Shown here piece by piece: positions 8,744 through 17,695 of a stretch of 64,000 bases of DNA. Location: IMG/VR virus record IMGVR_UViG_3300020202_000062, positions 1 to 64,000 of that record; one strand, 5' to 3'. A program made the translations under genes and the position numbers. The stretch is from a virus. Within the stretch, counting starts at the first letter, position 1, and each line of letters starts with the position of its first letter. The notes beneath the pieces were generated by a model. It was not told the DNA's origin and searched no databases. It saw only the letters and a list, made by a program, of their open reading frames with translations.

Positions 8744-8787
8744 GGGCCGCTCTGGGCAGAGTAGGGGTTCGAGTCCCCCACGTTCCA
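8744..8787 (+). ncRNA. minimal tRNA-like RNA (acceptor, one hairpin, T arm)
   Basis: GGGG-TTCGAGT-CCCC T arm; GGGCCG/CGTTCC-A with G3:U70. Confidence 0.45.
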
Positions 8788-8789
8788 CT

Positions 8790-8879
8790 GGAGGGTTGAC
8801 AGAAATGGCAATCGTGCCGGTCTTGAAAACCGAGGCCTCTCGCAAGGGAGTGGGGGTTCGAATCCCTTGCCCTCCGCCA
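8790..8879 (+). tRNA. tRNA-Ser(TGA)
   Basis: Long variable arm; CTTGAAA loop; GCCA end. Confidence 0.93.
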
Positions 8880-9091
8880 TGAGAAAAGAAAATGCAGTCA
8901 TCATAGAACCAGATGGTTCGTTTGAGCGACCGTTTACAGACAAACGAGATCCACGGATCGAACTGGGCCATCATTTCAAGCGGGGCGACATGATCTATGT
9001 CGTATCGCACATTAGTCACGACGGTATGATTATGGATCCTCCAAAAGGAAACAAAATCTACGTCCGTTATTATTATCCATGGGAAACCTAA
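8879..9091 (+). CDS. hypothetical protein
   Basis: ATG overlaps tRNA CCA; next gene follows closely. Confidence 0.65.
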   Translation: MRKENAVIIEPDGSFERPFTDKRDPRIELGHHFKRGDMIYVVSHISHDGMIMDPPKGNKIYVRYYYPWET

Positions 9092-9092
9092 A

Positions 9093-9386
9093 ATGGCATT
9101 CGACTACATCTATATCTCGACCGATCTTAAGGTTCTAGGGCGCAAAGTCCAAGACGAGTATCATACTGAAGATGGTGGGCAGATGCTCGGCAGGGGTGGA
9201 TCTATTGAGCGCTGTATGGAGATTGCTAACTACTGGTTGCGTTGCGAACCAATTCCCTACGGAGTGAAGTATAGTACCGACTTAGAGATCCCTATGGTGA
9301 TTCAGCGCGAGACTACCACTATGCCAATAGAAGAATGGCTAGAGCAGATGGCCGACATACGAGCACAGTTTAATAAAGTTGGCTGA
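9093..9386 (+). CDS. hypothetical protein
   Basis: 97 aa ORF in a gene run. Confidence 0.65.
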   Translation: MAFDYIYISTDLKVLGRKVQDEYHTEDGGQMLGRGGSIERCMEIANYWLRCEPIPYGVKYSTDLEIPMVIQRETTTMPIEEWLEQMADIRAQFNKVG

Positions 9387-9520
9387 GATATTCGAACTAG
9401 TTCAGTTAAATAGATATGGGCGCACGGATATCCTCATTGTGGGCGGCAATAAAGACGGCCTTACTAAACTGCGACGTAAACATGGATACGGGGATAGTTG
9501 GGTACGAGACTACACCGGCA

Positions 9521-9657
9521 AACCAGTCGAGTTCCCTAAGCGAGGACAGTCCTCTCGCCAACGGTGAGTAGTATAGATAAGTTTTCTCTGAAGCTTTGAT
9601 AGCTTCCGTCTATCTGGGTAGAGTACTCACGTCTCTGGCGAAGAACTTCGACTAGTT
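9521..9657 (+). ncRNA. candidate rod-shaped structured RNA
   Basis: Nested complementary blocks AGTCGA/TCGACT, GTTC/GAAC, TCGCCA/TGGCGA, GTGAGTA/TACTCAC, TAGATA/TATCTG, GAAGCT/AGCTTC. Confidence 0.5.
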
Positions 9658-9682
9658 GACAGTTTATCACACGGGACCAAAC

Positions 9683-9853
9683 ATGGCCATTAAGATCAAG
9701 GCAGAAAAACCGACCTATCGGATATACTGTGAAGAGTGCAACAAGAGTCACGGTGGTCTCACTCTCGAAGAAGCAAAGAAGAATGCCGCATGGCACAACG
9801 GTTACCATAACGATGAGTTAGACATAATCCGAATACTTTCAAGCCATCGATAG
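9683..9853 (+). CDS. small CxxC..H..H protein
   Basis: CEEC ... WHNGYH. Confidence 0.55.
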   Translation: MAIKIKAEKPTYRIYCEECNKSHGGLTLEEAKKNAAWHNGYHNDELDIIRILSSHR

Positions 9854-9860
9854 TAATCTA

Positions 9861-9932
9861 GCACCTCTAGCTCAATGGCAGAGCTACGGACTTTTAATCC
9901 GTTGGTTCTGGGTTCGAATCCCAGGGGGTGTA
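9861..9932 (+). tRNA. tRNA-Lys(TTT)
   Basis: ACGGA-CTTTTAA-TCCGT; cloverleaf. Confidence 0.93.
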
Positions 9933-9935
9933 CTT

Positions 9936-10100
9936 ATGGAAGATAATGTATGTCTCGTCTGTAGCAAGACGATTATAGGTATCGGCGTAAACGTCAAGAA
10001 CTGCTGGTGGAGAGTTGGAGACAACGGCCAGATGGAACAAGCCAATGAAGATGGCCTTGTTTGCCTGCGTTGCCTACGAAAAGAACTTGCGGAGGCGTAA
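9936..10100 (+). CDS. small CxxC protein (54 aa)
   Basis: MEDNVCLVC...CLRC; TAATG-coupled to next gene. Confidence 0.6.
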   Translation: MEDNVCLVCSKTIIGIGVNVKNCWWRVGDNGQMEQANEDGLVCLRCLRKELAEA

Positions 10101-10276
10101 TGTCTCTACGTGAGCACTTCACTGAAGACGGCAGGCCAAAGACGGGCTTCAGAGACGAGCAAGTAGTTGCAGAGGCTGTAGAGAACATTCGAGAGTTCGA
10201 GCCAGACAAAAACATCGACTATTACACCTGCTCATTCTGTGGCGAATACCACATCGGAACTTGGAAGAAGAAATGA
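10100..10276 (+). CDS. small protein with YxCxxCxxYHIG motif
   Basis: GGAGG SD; TAATG coupling. Confidence 0.65.
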   Translation: MSLREHFTEDGRPKTGFRDEQVVAEAVENIREFEPDKNIDYYTCSFCGEYHIGTWKKK

Positions 10277-10446
10277 TCATCAATACGCTGATTACATTAG
10301 GTATATTTGCAGCGCTTGCTCTAGTGATCACCCTCATGATCATATGGCCTCCACTCATACTTGGGATAGCGGCTGCTCCTGCGTTTATGATGGTGTACTT
10401 ATTTGTAGATGAGGAAAGGAGAGGGCGTGCACGACGATCTAGGTGA
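10273..10446 (+). CDS. small membrane protein
   Basis: Hydrophobic; ATGA overlap. Confidence 0.6.
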   Translation: MIINTLITLGIFAALALVITLMIIWPPLILGIAAAPAFMMVYLFVDEERRGRARRSR

Positions 10447-11191
10447 TCGGATGAAACGGTACGAGCATGTGACTCGCGCCTACCTTCCTCGCCGTACATA
10501 TACAATCGTTCGTGTAGATGGTCGCGCTTTCCACACCCTCACCAAGGGCTGTGAACGTCCGTATGACGAGAATCTAGCGGACTACATGGATCTGACTGCT
10601 GTGGCTCTCTGCAAAGAGATGGCAGGTGCACAGTTTGCATTCGTGCAGTCTGATGAGATCTCTGTTCTTCTGACAGATTTTGCTTCGACGCACACTGAGC
10701 CTTGGTTCGGCGGCAATATCCAGAAGATCTGTTCCATCTCAGCAGCAGTAGCAACCGCCGCGTTCAACAACTATTGGTGGCCTGCTGCGCCATGGCAGGA
10801 CTTTAGAGGTACTGCTTATTTCGATTCCCGTGTATTCACCATACCTGACCCAACCGAAGTGCACAACTACTTCGTTTGGCGACAGAAGGATGCTACACGG
10901 AATTCGATCTCAATGGCCGCACAGTCCCATTTCAGCCACGCTGAATTGCAAGGACTGTCTTCTGATGCACTGCAAGAAAAGATGTGGGTAGAAAAAGATG
11001 TCAACTGGAACAACTATCCAGTAGGCTTCAAGCGCGGTCGTTTGATCCGCAAGGTGTCGTACGAGCGAGTGATTCCCGCAGTGAATGGTGCACCTGAAAA
11101 GGTTGTTCCATCGTGGCGCTGGGCTTCGACTGAGCCAGATGTATTTACGGCATCAGAACAATTAAAGGAACTTATTCCTTCATACTCTTGA
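10427..11191 (+). CDS. Thg1-like tRNA(His) guanylyltransferase / 3'-5' polymerase
   Basis: RMKRYE, VRVDGRAFH, QSDEIS, FDSRVF, YFVWRQKDATRNSI, FKRG. Confidence 0.92.
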   Translation: MHDDLGDRMKRYEHVTRAYLPRRTYTIVRVDGRAFHTLTKGCERPYDENLADYMDLTAVALCKEMAGAQFAFVQSDEISVLLTDFASTHTEPWFGGNIQKICSISAAVATAAFNNYWWPAAPWQDFRGTAYFDSRVFTIPDPTEVHNYFVWRQKDATRNSISMAAQSHFSHAELQGLSSDALQEKMWVEKDVNWNNYPVGFKRGRLIRKVSYERVIPAVNGAPEKVVPSWRWASTEPDVFTASEQLKELIPSYS

Positions 11192-11197
11192 GATCTA

Positions 11198-11206
11198 TGA
11201 TACTAT
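11198..11206 (+). promoter_or_regulatory. extended -10 promoter upstream of tmRNA
   Basis: TGaTACTAT ending 11 nt before ssrA, inside the inverted repeat GAGATCTAT/ATAGATCTC. Confidence 0.5.
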
Positions 11207-11217
11207 AGATCTCTCAC

Positions 11218-11592
11218 GGGGCCGACAGGCATCGACTTCGGTAAACTGAGTATCGATTTGCAACCCGAGTTCGTTGACAGACTCGTTAAACAGTTGACAA
11301 AAAACAAATGCAGATGAGAACCTGCTAGTTGCTGCCTAGTCTTCGGATTAGTAAACAGTAACTCTGTTAGTCCAAGAGACCGAACGGGGCTTGATCCAAA
11401 TGCCTGGCAACAGAATTGGATTTGACAAGCGGGAAAGACCCTTGACTCTGAGGAAAAGACTCCAGTGACTTCTAGGAATGAGACTAGACGAACGAGACCC
11501 GCTCGGTGCTAGCGTCAAGGCAGAACTCGGGAATGGTTGTATCGGAAAGATATGATGGCCGAAACACGGGGGTTCGATTCCCCCCGGCTCCA
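11218..11592 (+). ncRNA. ssrA: tmRNA
   Basis: GGGGCCG/CGGCTCC-A acceptor with G3:U70; T arm; tag ORF 11310-11339 ADENLLVAA*. Confidence 0.95.
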
Positions 11593-11595
11593 CTT

Positions 11596-11718
11596 ATGAT
11601 AGAAAAAGAGCAATATCAAGGTCCGGATGGTGGGTACTCTTCTATCGAAGATGTACGAAACGAAACTCGGGCTAGGTTTTTCAAGAGCAACGAGGAAGAC
11701 GATGTGCAAAGCGAATGA
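11596..11718 (+). CDS. small hypothetical protein
   Basis: ATG 4 nt after the tmRNA discriminator. Confidence 0.5.
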   Translation: MIEKEQYQGPDGGYSSIEDVRNETRARFFKSNEEDDVQSE

Positions 11719-11778
11719 TTGCAAGAACTTAGCAGTAGGATTAGGTCTATGTTCGAAGCATCTAGCAGAGCACTTCAA

Positions 11779-11854
11779 GGGTCTGTAGCCCAATGGCAGA
11801 GGCACATGCCTTAGGAGCATGCAAGTGTGGGTTCGAATCCCACCAGACCTACCA
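11779..11854 (+). tRNA. tRNA-Leu(TAG), short variable loop
   Basis: CATGC-CTTAGGA-GCATG; 5-nt variable loop; ACCA. Confidence 0.9.
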
Positions 11855-11856
11855 AT

Positions 11857-11930
11857 GGACGTGTCGCCAAGCGGTCTAAGGCACCGGCTTTACACGCCGA
11901 CATCCGCAGGTTCGAATCCTGCCACGTCTA
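11857..11930 (+). tRNA. tRNA-Val(TAC)
   Basis: TTTACAC loop; cloverleaf. Confidence 0.9.
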
Positions 11931-11932
11931 CT

Positions 11933-12151
11933 ATGGGATTTAGAATAATCGAACCTAAACAAGTACCGCATAATTGCGAACGACCCAATCTGCTTAGCGG
12001 TACGTTCTCAAGAGATGGTAAAATGTATTCTGTCGGAACAAAGATCGAATGTGATGTTTGTGATGCAGTATGGGAAATAAAGAGTTGGTATCAATACAAC
12101 GAATCTGGGTACCAGTGGCAGAAGATCAAACAAGGTAGGCTAGACTACTAA
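11933..12151 (+). CDS. hypothetical protein
   Basis: ATG just after tRNA; HxC and CDVC. Confidence 0.65.
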   Translation: MGFRIIEPKQVPHNCERPNLLSGTFSRDGKMYSVGTKIECDVCDAVWEIKSWYQYNESGYQWQKIKQGRLDY

Positions 12152-12155
12152 CATT

Positions 12156-12226
12156 GCACCGGTGCCCGAGCGGCTAGGGGGCGGTTTGCAACACCGACTA
12201 CGTGGGTTCGAATCCCGCCTGGTGCT
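12156..12226 (+). tRNA. tRNA-Cys(GCA)
   Basis: TTGCAAC loop; U73. Confidence 0.9.
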
Positions 12227-12304
12227 CTAAAAAGGTATGGTCTCCTATAGTTGGTTACTATAGGCACAGTCCGTGGAGAATTCACCACCTCGCGATGGAC
12301 ACAA

Positions 12305-12382
12305 CTACCCGTAGCGCAGTTTGGTCAGCGCGCCTGCTTTGGGAGCAGGAGGCCGCAGGTTCGAATCCTGCCGGGTAGACCA
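12305..12382 (+). tRNA. tRNA-Pro(TGG)
   Basis: CCTGC-TTTGGGA-GCAGG; C1-G72; ACCA. Confidence 0.95.
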
Positions 12383-12525
12383 TGACAATTAGATTGAATC
12401 GTAACCGATACCCCTATTCAAGCAGTGCGCTTCGGAGATGGGGTCCTATTGCTGCTATAGTGGTGATCGTAGCAATCATCACAGCAGTAGTCCTCGCCGG
12501 TGGATCATCTATTCATAGATCCTGA
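12382..12525 (+). CDS. small single-TM protein (47 aa)
   Basis: ATG overlaps CCA; IAAIVVIVAIITAVVLAGG. Confidence 0.55.
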   Translation: MTIRLNRNRYPYSSSALRRWGPIAAIVVIVAIITAVVLAGGSSIHRS

Positions 12526-12567
12526 AGGCTCATACGTCTTCACGTGTCCAGGCCCGTATAGGTAGAA

Positions 12568-12894
12568 ATGGAAAGTCCAGAAGAGATCCTATCCGACTAC
12601 ATTGTTAAGAAGTCTGGCTGGGACGACAACGCACACACGCGCAAGTTTGGGTGCACTGTCACAGCATCTAATGTAGTCGTCGGTACGGATGGTGACGGGT
12701 GCTGTGAGATGTGCTACAGTGAATACGCTGCGATCTTCTATGATCTAGAGTGCACGTGTCCAGCACAGGTGCCACAGAAGAAGAACCCAGAGAAGATGAC
12801 GGCCAACACAAACCGTGTCAACTTTAAGCGGGCATCGTTTAGTGCATACGACTTTCCGCTGCTTGATCTAGTCAACCATGTTCTAAGGACATAA
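12568..12894 (+). CDS. Cys-rich hypothetical protein
   Basis: 108 aa; GCCEMC. Confidence 0.7.
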   Translation: MESPEEILSDYIVKKSGWDDNAHTRKFGCTVTASNVVVGTDGDGCCEMCYSEYAAIFYDLECTCPAQVPQKKNPEKMTANTNRVNFKRASFSAYDFPLLDLVNHVLRT

Positions 12895-12903
12895 ATAACA
12901 CGA

Positions 12904-12976
12904 TCCGGTAGGGCGGGACGGTGACCGCACCTGGCTCATAATCAGGATAATGTGGGTTCGATTCCCATTGCCGGTA
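12904..12976 (+). tRNA. tRNA-Met(CAT)-type
   Basis: CCTGG-CTCATAA-TCAGG; 1:72 mismatch. Confidence 0.85.
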
Positions 12977-13014
12977 CTAAAATCCCCAAGTGACCATTCA
13001 CAAGGGGGTTATAT

Positions 13015-13425
13015 ATGACTAGTGATATTGTAGATCTGATCCGAATGGATCATAAAGCCGTAGAGGAACTCTTCGCAAAAGTGAGGACATGTCACTCTAG
13101 GCCAGACAAACTGCACCTAGCGGATAAGATCGCTATGGAACTCATGAAGCACATGGCTGCTGAAGAGAATGTAGTTTACCCCCATCTTCCTTTCGAAATG
13201 CGCCAACATGCTAAAGAAGAGCATTGTGACGCTCGTGAGTTCATCGACCGCATAATAACTGGCGTAGGTGATCTAGATACAACTCTAGAATCACTACACG
13301 AAGCCATTGTACATCATGTGGAAGAAGAAGAAACTGACATGATTCCGTGGTTGTGCAACAATCGCGAGCATCTAGACCTAGACAGTATGGGTGTCAAGTT
13401 CGAAGAGTTCAAGAAGGGGGTGTAA
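13015..13425 (+). CDS. hemerythrin (HHE) domain protein
   Basis: DH..V..LF, H...EE.VVYP, EEH, HHVEEEE. Confidence 0.85.
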   Translation: MTSDIVDLIRMDHKAVEELFAKVRTCHSRPDKLHLADKIAMELMKHMAAEENVVYPHLPFEMRQHAKEEHCDAREFIDRIITGVGDLDTTLESLHEAIVHHVEEEETDMIPWLCNNREHLDLDSMGVKFEEFKKGV

Positions 13426-13498
13426 TGAATATCATTGCAGTCATTCTCATTGTTCTTCTAATCCTGATTCTTTTAGGCGCTCTGTAGAGAGGTAAGTT

Positions 13499-13825
13499 GT
13501 GCCCGATTGTAGGCGAAAGCCAAAGCGTTCTTGTATCAATTGCGGCACAACTTACGTAGTGGATTTCTGCTGCGAGAAGGAAGCGCAGATAACCTGTCTA
13601 GATTGCTTCTATAAGGTATGCGAAGTGGGCATAGCCGAACAGAAGAAAAAGAAGAAGGATATCTGGAAGATGGCATTTGACGATGTCGTCAAATCTGGTA
13701 AAATAGTCTACAAGAACGACTATATCAAGGATTACACTACGTTACAGATTCCAAATGAGTATCTCTACGCACACTGGAATAGTGCGACAACAAATACTAC
13801 GTCAACGTTTGTAAATCCTTACTAA
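13499..13825 (+). CDS. hypothetical CxxC protein
   Basis: GAGG SD, GTG start. Confidence 0.6.
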   Translation: MPDCRRKPKRSCINCGTTYVVDFCCEKEAQITCLDCFYKVCEVGIAEQKKKKKDIWKMAFDDVVKSGKIVYKNDYIKDYTTLQIPNEYLYAHWNSATTNTTSTFVNPY

Positions 13826-13836
13826 TACAAGATCGA

Positions 13837-13914
13837 CGCGGAGTGGTAGCAGTCTGGTAGCTCGCTAGCCTCATAAGCTAGAGGTCGCAGGTTCAAATCC
13901 TGCCTCCGCCACCA
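13837..13914 (+). tRNA. tRNA-Met(CAT), initiator-like
   Basis: CGCGGAG.., C1:C72 mismatch, TTCAAAT, ACCA; lacks the three G-C pairs in the anticodon stem. Confidence 0.9.
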
Positions 13915-13933
13915 TTTTAAGGGATATTACTAA

Positions 13934-14371
13934 ATGGGTATAAAGGGTAAGATCAAGTATCATGCCCATTTCGGCAAATTAGCCCTAGAACGCAGAATGA
14001 ATAGGAACCGGCCCCCGAGGCCGGTTTCTTCATTTAGCCTTATTTACGATACCTACGACTACAACAAAAAAGACGGCTCTGTCCGTCAACGACGAATTAT
14101 CCTAGATAGCGCCAGATGGCGAAATTGTACTTTGGGTGATTTGCTCGATTTCTACAAATGTTCGGGTTTCCGGCCAAAATCACATTTGGTACATGGAACA
14201 CATTTGTCGTATGGGACCGTAGTGGCTCTAGATGTGCCACCGAGCGTAGGGCCTCAGATCGTAAAATCGACACCTTTGCTACGAGACACAATCATCGATG
14301 ATGTCTTTTTGTCGCATAAGAGCGTTTCTGTTTTCGTGAACAATGCAGTCCTAGACTTACCTGTCGACTAA
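13934..14371 (+). CDS. hypothetical protein
   Basis: 145 aa ORF with SD. Confidence 0.65.
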   Translation: MGIKGKIKYHAHFGKLALERRMNRNRPPRPVSSFSLIYDTYDYNKKDGSVRQRRIILDSARWRNCTLGDLLDFYKCSGFRPKSHLVHGTHLSYGTVVALDVPPSVGPQIVKSTPLLRDTIIDDVFLSHKSVSVFVNNAVLDLPVD

Positions 14372-14469
14372 ATATATAGGTTTTTATAGGTCCTATATAG
14401 TAGAAATCGGGAAAAAAATTTGATGGGCCAAATGGCTTATGTAAATCCGATTTTGATTTTGGGGAAAGA

Positions 14470-14748
14470 ATGGACTGTTCAAGTTGTGGCCAGCGCCTTA
14501 CAGGCGACCCGTGCTACTCAGTCTTCATGGTAGATTACTTCGGTAAAGGTACTGGCATGTGGGGGCATTACTGCTCTGCGACGTGCGTCTTCCGTGATGT
14601 AGGTAACGTACTTATGAATGAAGTAAAGAAAGAACAAAGAGAAGAAGAAGATCAGATCGAGATGGAACTTGCTATGTCAGACATAGAAGAATGTGCTGTA
14701 GCAAGCCTTGATCTAGCAAGCGTTCTTGCAGGCGACGAATTTGGGTAG
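14470..14748 (+). CDS. zinc-finger hypothetical protein
   Basis: CSSC ... YCSATC. Confidence 0.65.
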   Translation: MDCSSCGQRLTGDPCYSVFMVDYFGKGTGMWGHYCSATCVFRDVGNVLMNEVKKEQREEEDQIEMELAMSDIEECAVASLDLASVLAGDEFG

Positions 14749-14751
14749 GTA

Positions 14752-15351
14752 ATGGACACTCGTAATGTAGCCGACCAGTACAAAGGGTGGGAAGAAGATC
14801 TCATCAAGAAGGATCTTCAGTCGAAGTCTTTCCCATTCTCTGTGTGCATGTTGCAGTTGCAGGGCGACTTTAACATGGGGACTGTTGTTCGTAATGCCAA
14901 CGTCTTCGGTGCAGAGAAGGTCTTCTATGTCGGTAACAAGAAGTGGGATCGTCGCGGCGCAGTAGGAACATACCACTACACTGAAGTAGAGTGGTGGGAT
15001 AACTGGGAAGACCTAGCAGATGGCATCTGGACAACACATCTAGTGGTTGCACTAGAAGACCGTGCTTATGCCGAGGCTATCTGTGATCAGAGCGATCGCC
15101 AGAAGGTCTATGATCTCGATGAATTCAATTGGGCAATAACGCCGGTCGAAGATAGTCCGTTCTTGATGATCTTCGATAAGGTCTTGATGCTAGTTGGTGA
15201 AGAGGGTGCCGGTATCCCAGAAGAGATACTTAAGCGCGCCGACTATGTAGTATCAATCCCGCAGTTCGGATCAGTCAGGTCCTTGAACGCGGGTGTAGCA
15301 AGTGGCATTGCCATGTACGATTTCGTTAGTAAATACAAGAGGAATATATAA
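14752..15351 (+). CDS. SpoU/TrmH-family RNA 2'-O-methyltransferase
   Basis: NMGTVVRNANVFG, VGEEGAGI, VSIPQFGSVRSLNAGVA. Confidence 0.92.
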   Translation: MDTRNVADQYKGWEEDLIKKDLQSKSFPFSVCMLQLQGDFNMGTVVRNANVFGAEKVFYVGNKKWDRRGAVGTYHYTEVEWWDNWEDLADGIWTTHLVVALEDRAYAEAICDQSDRQKVYDLDEFNWAITPVEDSPFLMIFDKVLMLVGEEGAGIPEEILKRADYVVSIPQFGSVRSLNAGVASGIAMYDFVSKYKRNI

Positions 15352-15352
15352 A

Positions 15353-15733
15353 ATGTGGAACTCACCAGAGAAGACTAGCGCACAGTGGAAGGCCGATCCT
15401 TTCGGCGTATATGACATCAACCTTGATGTTGTAACGACCCCTGAGGCTACCGTTGCAGTACTGAGTGGCATTATCAACGGCGAGGCTTATACCTGGAATG
15501 GTGTATCAAAGCGTTTCCCTGGTGATCGTTACATCCCAGCCATCGGTATCAAGATTGCTGTAGGCCGTGCGTTCGCTCGTGCAGCCAAGCAGATGCTCAA
15601 GCAGGGCAACGGCCTTGTCAAGAACATGGACGATAATCGGGAGCGCCAGGCCGAACAAGCCAAGGCCCAGAAGGCATCGCCTCGCTACCACCGCGTCTCA
15701 CGTCGTCGTGAGCGTTCATCTTCGGCAGTTTAA
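15353..15733 (+). CDS. DUF1876/dsRBD-fold-like protein
   Basis: G.SKR.PGD...P.IG..IA.GRA motif. Confidence 0.65.
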   Translation: MWNSPEKTSAQWKADPFGVYDINLDVVTTPEATVAVLSGIINGEAYTWNGVSKRFPGDRYIPAIGIKIAVGRAFARAAKQMLKQGNGLVKNMDDNRERQAEQAKAQKASPRYHRVSRRRERSSSAV

Positions 15734-15766
15734 ATATATAACTACGCTTAAGGATTCCTACTAGAG

Positions 15767-16960
15767 ATGACTGATACAATCATTAGCAAGTACATGGGCG
15801 ACATGAACGTCCAGGTACCGTGGGCCATGGAGAACGACTACGACTCCATCCCCACTAACTTGATGACCGCACAGGTTTCTAGTAGGAACCTCAAGCACAT
15901 GAGTTTCTTCAGTGTATCCGTTGAGGAAAACACCTTCACTTATGATTCTATTGCGAATCGTGATGAGTGGAACGTGGTCTTTTCTATCGGATACAATCAG
16001 AACTCTGAGGTTGCGTACTACGTTGAGATGGTGGGCGTCGATGCCGTAATGGTCATTCGATTCCGCCAGAACAAACTCAACTTCACTATGGCAGCCGACT
16101 CTGAGCAGACTGCCTCTGGCGTAGAGGCATGGGTGCGTGAGGCTTATCCTCAGCCCAAGATCCAGCGCAAGTCTGACAGTGTGCCTCTGGCATTCTGGTC
16201 GCAGTCTCCTCATGGTTTCATCAAGCGCGATAAGAAGATCGTTCCTCTCGTATGGGAAGAGATCCGCGGCAACTACACCGCAGAGGCGAGGAAGCAGGTT
16301 GATAACCTCGTTGCAGTACATCCACCTCTTGATGGTGGTCGCCTTCTTCTTTGGCACGGGCCTCCCGGTACGGGCAAGTCTTCTGCTATCCGTTCTCTCA
16401 TTCACCATTGGCTGCCTTGGTGTAATGCGTCTTACGTAGTAGATCCTGAGATGTTCTTCGGTTCAGCCGAGTACATGCTCAACGTCTTGCTTTCATCTAC
16501 CAACAAGCAGTACGACATCTATGATGAGGACTACGACGAAGACGAAGAAGAGGAGACTCGCTTCATCCTTCAGGGTGAGGAGCGTTGGAACCTTCTTATC
16601 ATCGAGGACGCTGATGAGTTTCTCGTGGCCGATGCTAAGGAGCGCACCGGTCAGGCTCTATCGCGACTACTGAACATGAGCGATGGTCTCATCGGCCAGG
16701 GCCTAAACTTCCTCTGCCTTATCACTACTAACGAACCGATCGCCAACATCCACCAGGCTGTTTCGCGTGAGGGTCGTTGCATGGCTAACATCAACTTCCC
16801 CGCACTTCCTCGTGACGAGGCTGAGGCATGGTTGGGTCAGAAGATCCCCGCATCTGTCGGCGGAACTGAGTTCCCTCTCGCTAAGTTGTTTGACATGCGC
16901 CGTGAACTAAGCCAGATCAAGACGGAAGTCAAGACCTACTCGACAGGAGTGTACCTGTAG
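15767..16960 (+). CDS. AAA+ ATPase (DUF5925-associated actinobacterial type)
   Basis: LLLWHGPPGTGKS, LIIEDADE, LSRLLN.SDGLIG, ITTN, REGRC. Confidence 0.88.
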   Translation: MTDTIISKYMGDMNVQVPWAMENDYDSIPTNLMTAQVSSRNLKHMSFFSVSVEENTFTYDSIANRDEWNVVFSIGYNQNSEVAYYVEMVGVDAVMVIRFRQNKLNFTMAADSEQTASGVEAWVREAYPQPKIQRKSDSVPLAFWSQSPHGFIKRDKKIVPLVWEEIRGNYTAEARKQVDNLVAVHPPLDGGRLLLWHGPPGTGKSSAIRSLIHHWLPWCNASYVVDPEMFFGSAEYMLNVLLSSTNKQYDIYDEDYDEDEEEETRFILQGEERWNLLIIEDADEFLVADAKERTGQALSRLLNMSDGLIGQGLNFLCLITTNEPIANIHQAVSREGRCMANINFPALPRDEAEAWLGQKIPASVGGTEFPLAKLFDMRRELSQIKTEVKTYSTGVYL

Positions 16961-17118
16961 TGCCTTGTCTCACCGAAGAAGAAACCGTAGTCGATCCAAT
17001 CAAAGAGATTCGCAGCAAAGTGATCGAGATGCTAGACAAGTTCAGCGGTCAGGAACTTTGCAGCAGTGATACGGTCTGCGATGACCTTTTAGACATACTA
17101 CTGTTAACGGACGATTAA

Positions 17119-17454
17119 ATGGGACTTAAAGTACTCGACAACAAAGTGCAGCCAGACGGGGAACTAAGTACGCTCTCCGAACTGGCTGCGCTTATCTTCG
17201 GCCAGTACGCTGTAAGCGATTACAACAGTAACTTCAGTGTACTGAACGCCAAGTGCTGTGCGCTCATGTACTATGTGCTGACGGGCAAGGAAGCACCAAA
17301 GCCAGTCTACAATGCCAATAAGATCTCCAGGTGGGATCTTGAAAAGGTTATGCGGCTTTATGCCATGGCTCCTGATGACATCAAGGAGAGAATGGATCCC
17401 CAGATCGAGGTCTGGAAGAAGGAAGTCTACGGTGACCCTTACGCAAAAAGTTGA
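17119..17454 (+). CDS. hypothetical protein
   Basis: 111 aa ORF. Confidence 0.65.
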   Translation: MGLKVLDNKVQPDGELSTLSELAALIFGQYAVSDYNSNFSVLNAKCCALMYYVLTGKEAPKPVYNANKISRWDLEKVMRLYAMAPDDIKERMDPQIEVWKKEVYGDPYAKS

Positions 17455-17695
17455 TGTCTTTTTCACTATCGAGATACACGATCGAACTAGGCCCTATTCC
17501 AGCGTGCATAACTGGGACTTCAAGATCTTGCTTGGTGATGTTGACCTCTACTACAGTGATCTGTATTATGATTCGATAGCAGACGCACAGGCCGTAGCAG
17601 AACGCCTCTTAGCAAAGGCAATCACAGGTCATGCTAAACTGGATCACGAATCAGAAAGAGAACTCTTCGACGCATGTACGTACAGGTATTTGTAG
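17432..17695 (+). CDS. hypothetical protein
   Basis: Probable GTG start; fills the gap before RNase H. Confidence 0.5.
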   Translation: MTLTQKVDVFFTIEIHDRTRPYSSVHNWDFKILLGDVDLYYSDLYYDSIADAQAVAERLLAKAITGHAKLDHESERELFDACTYRYL

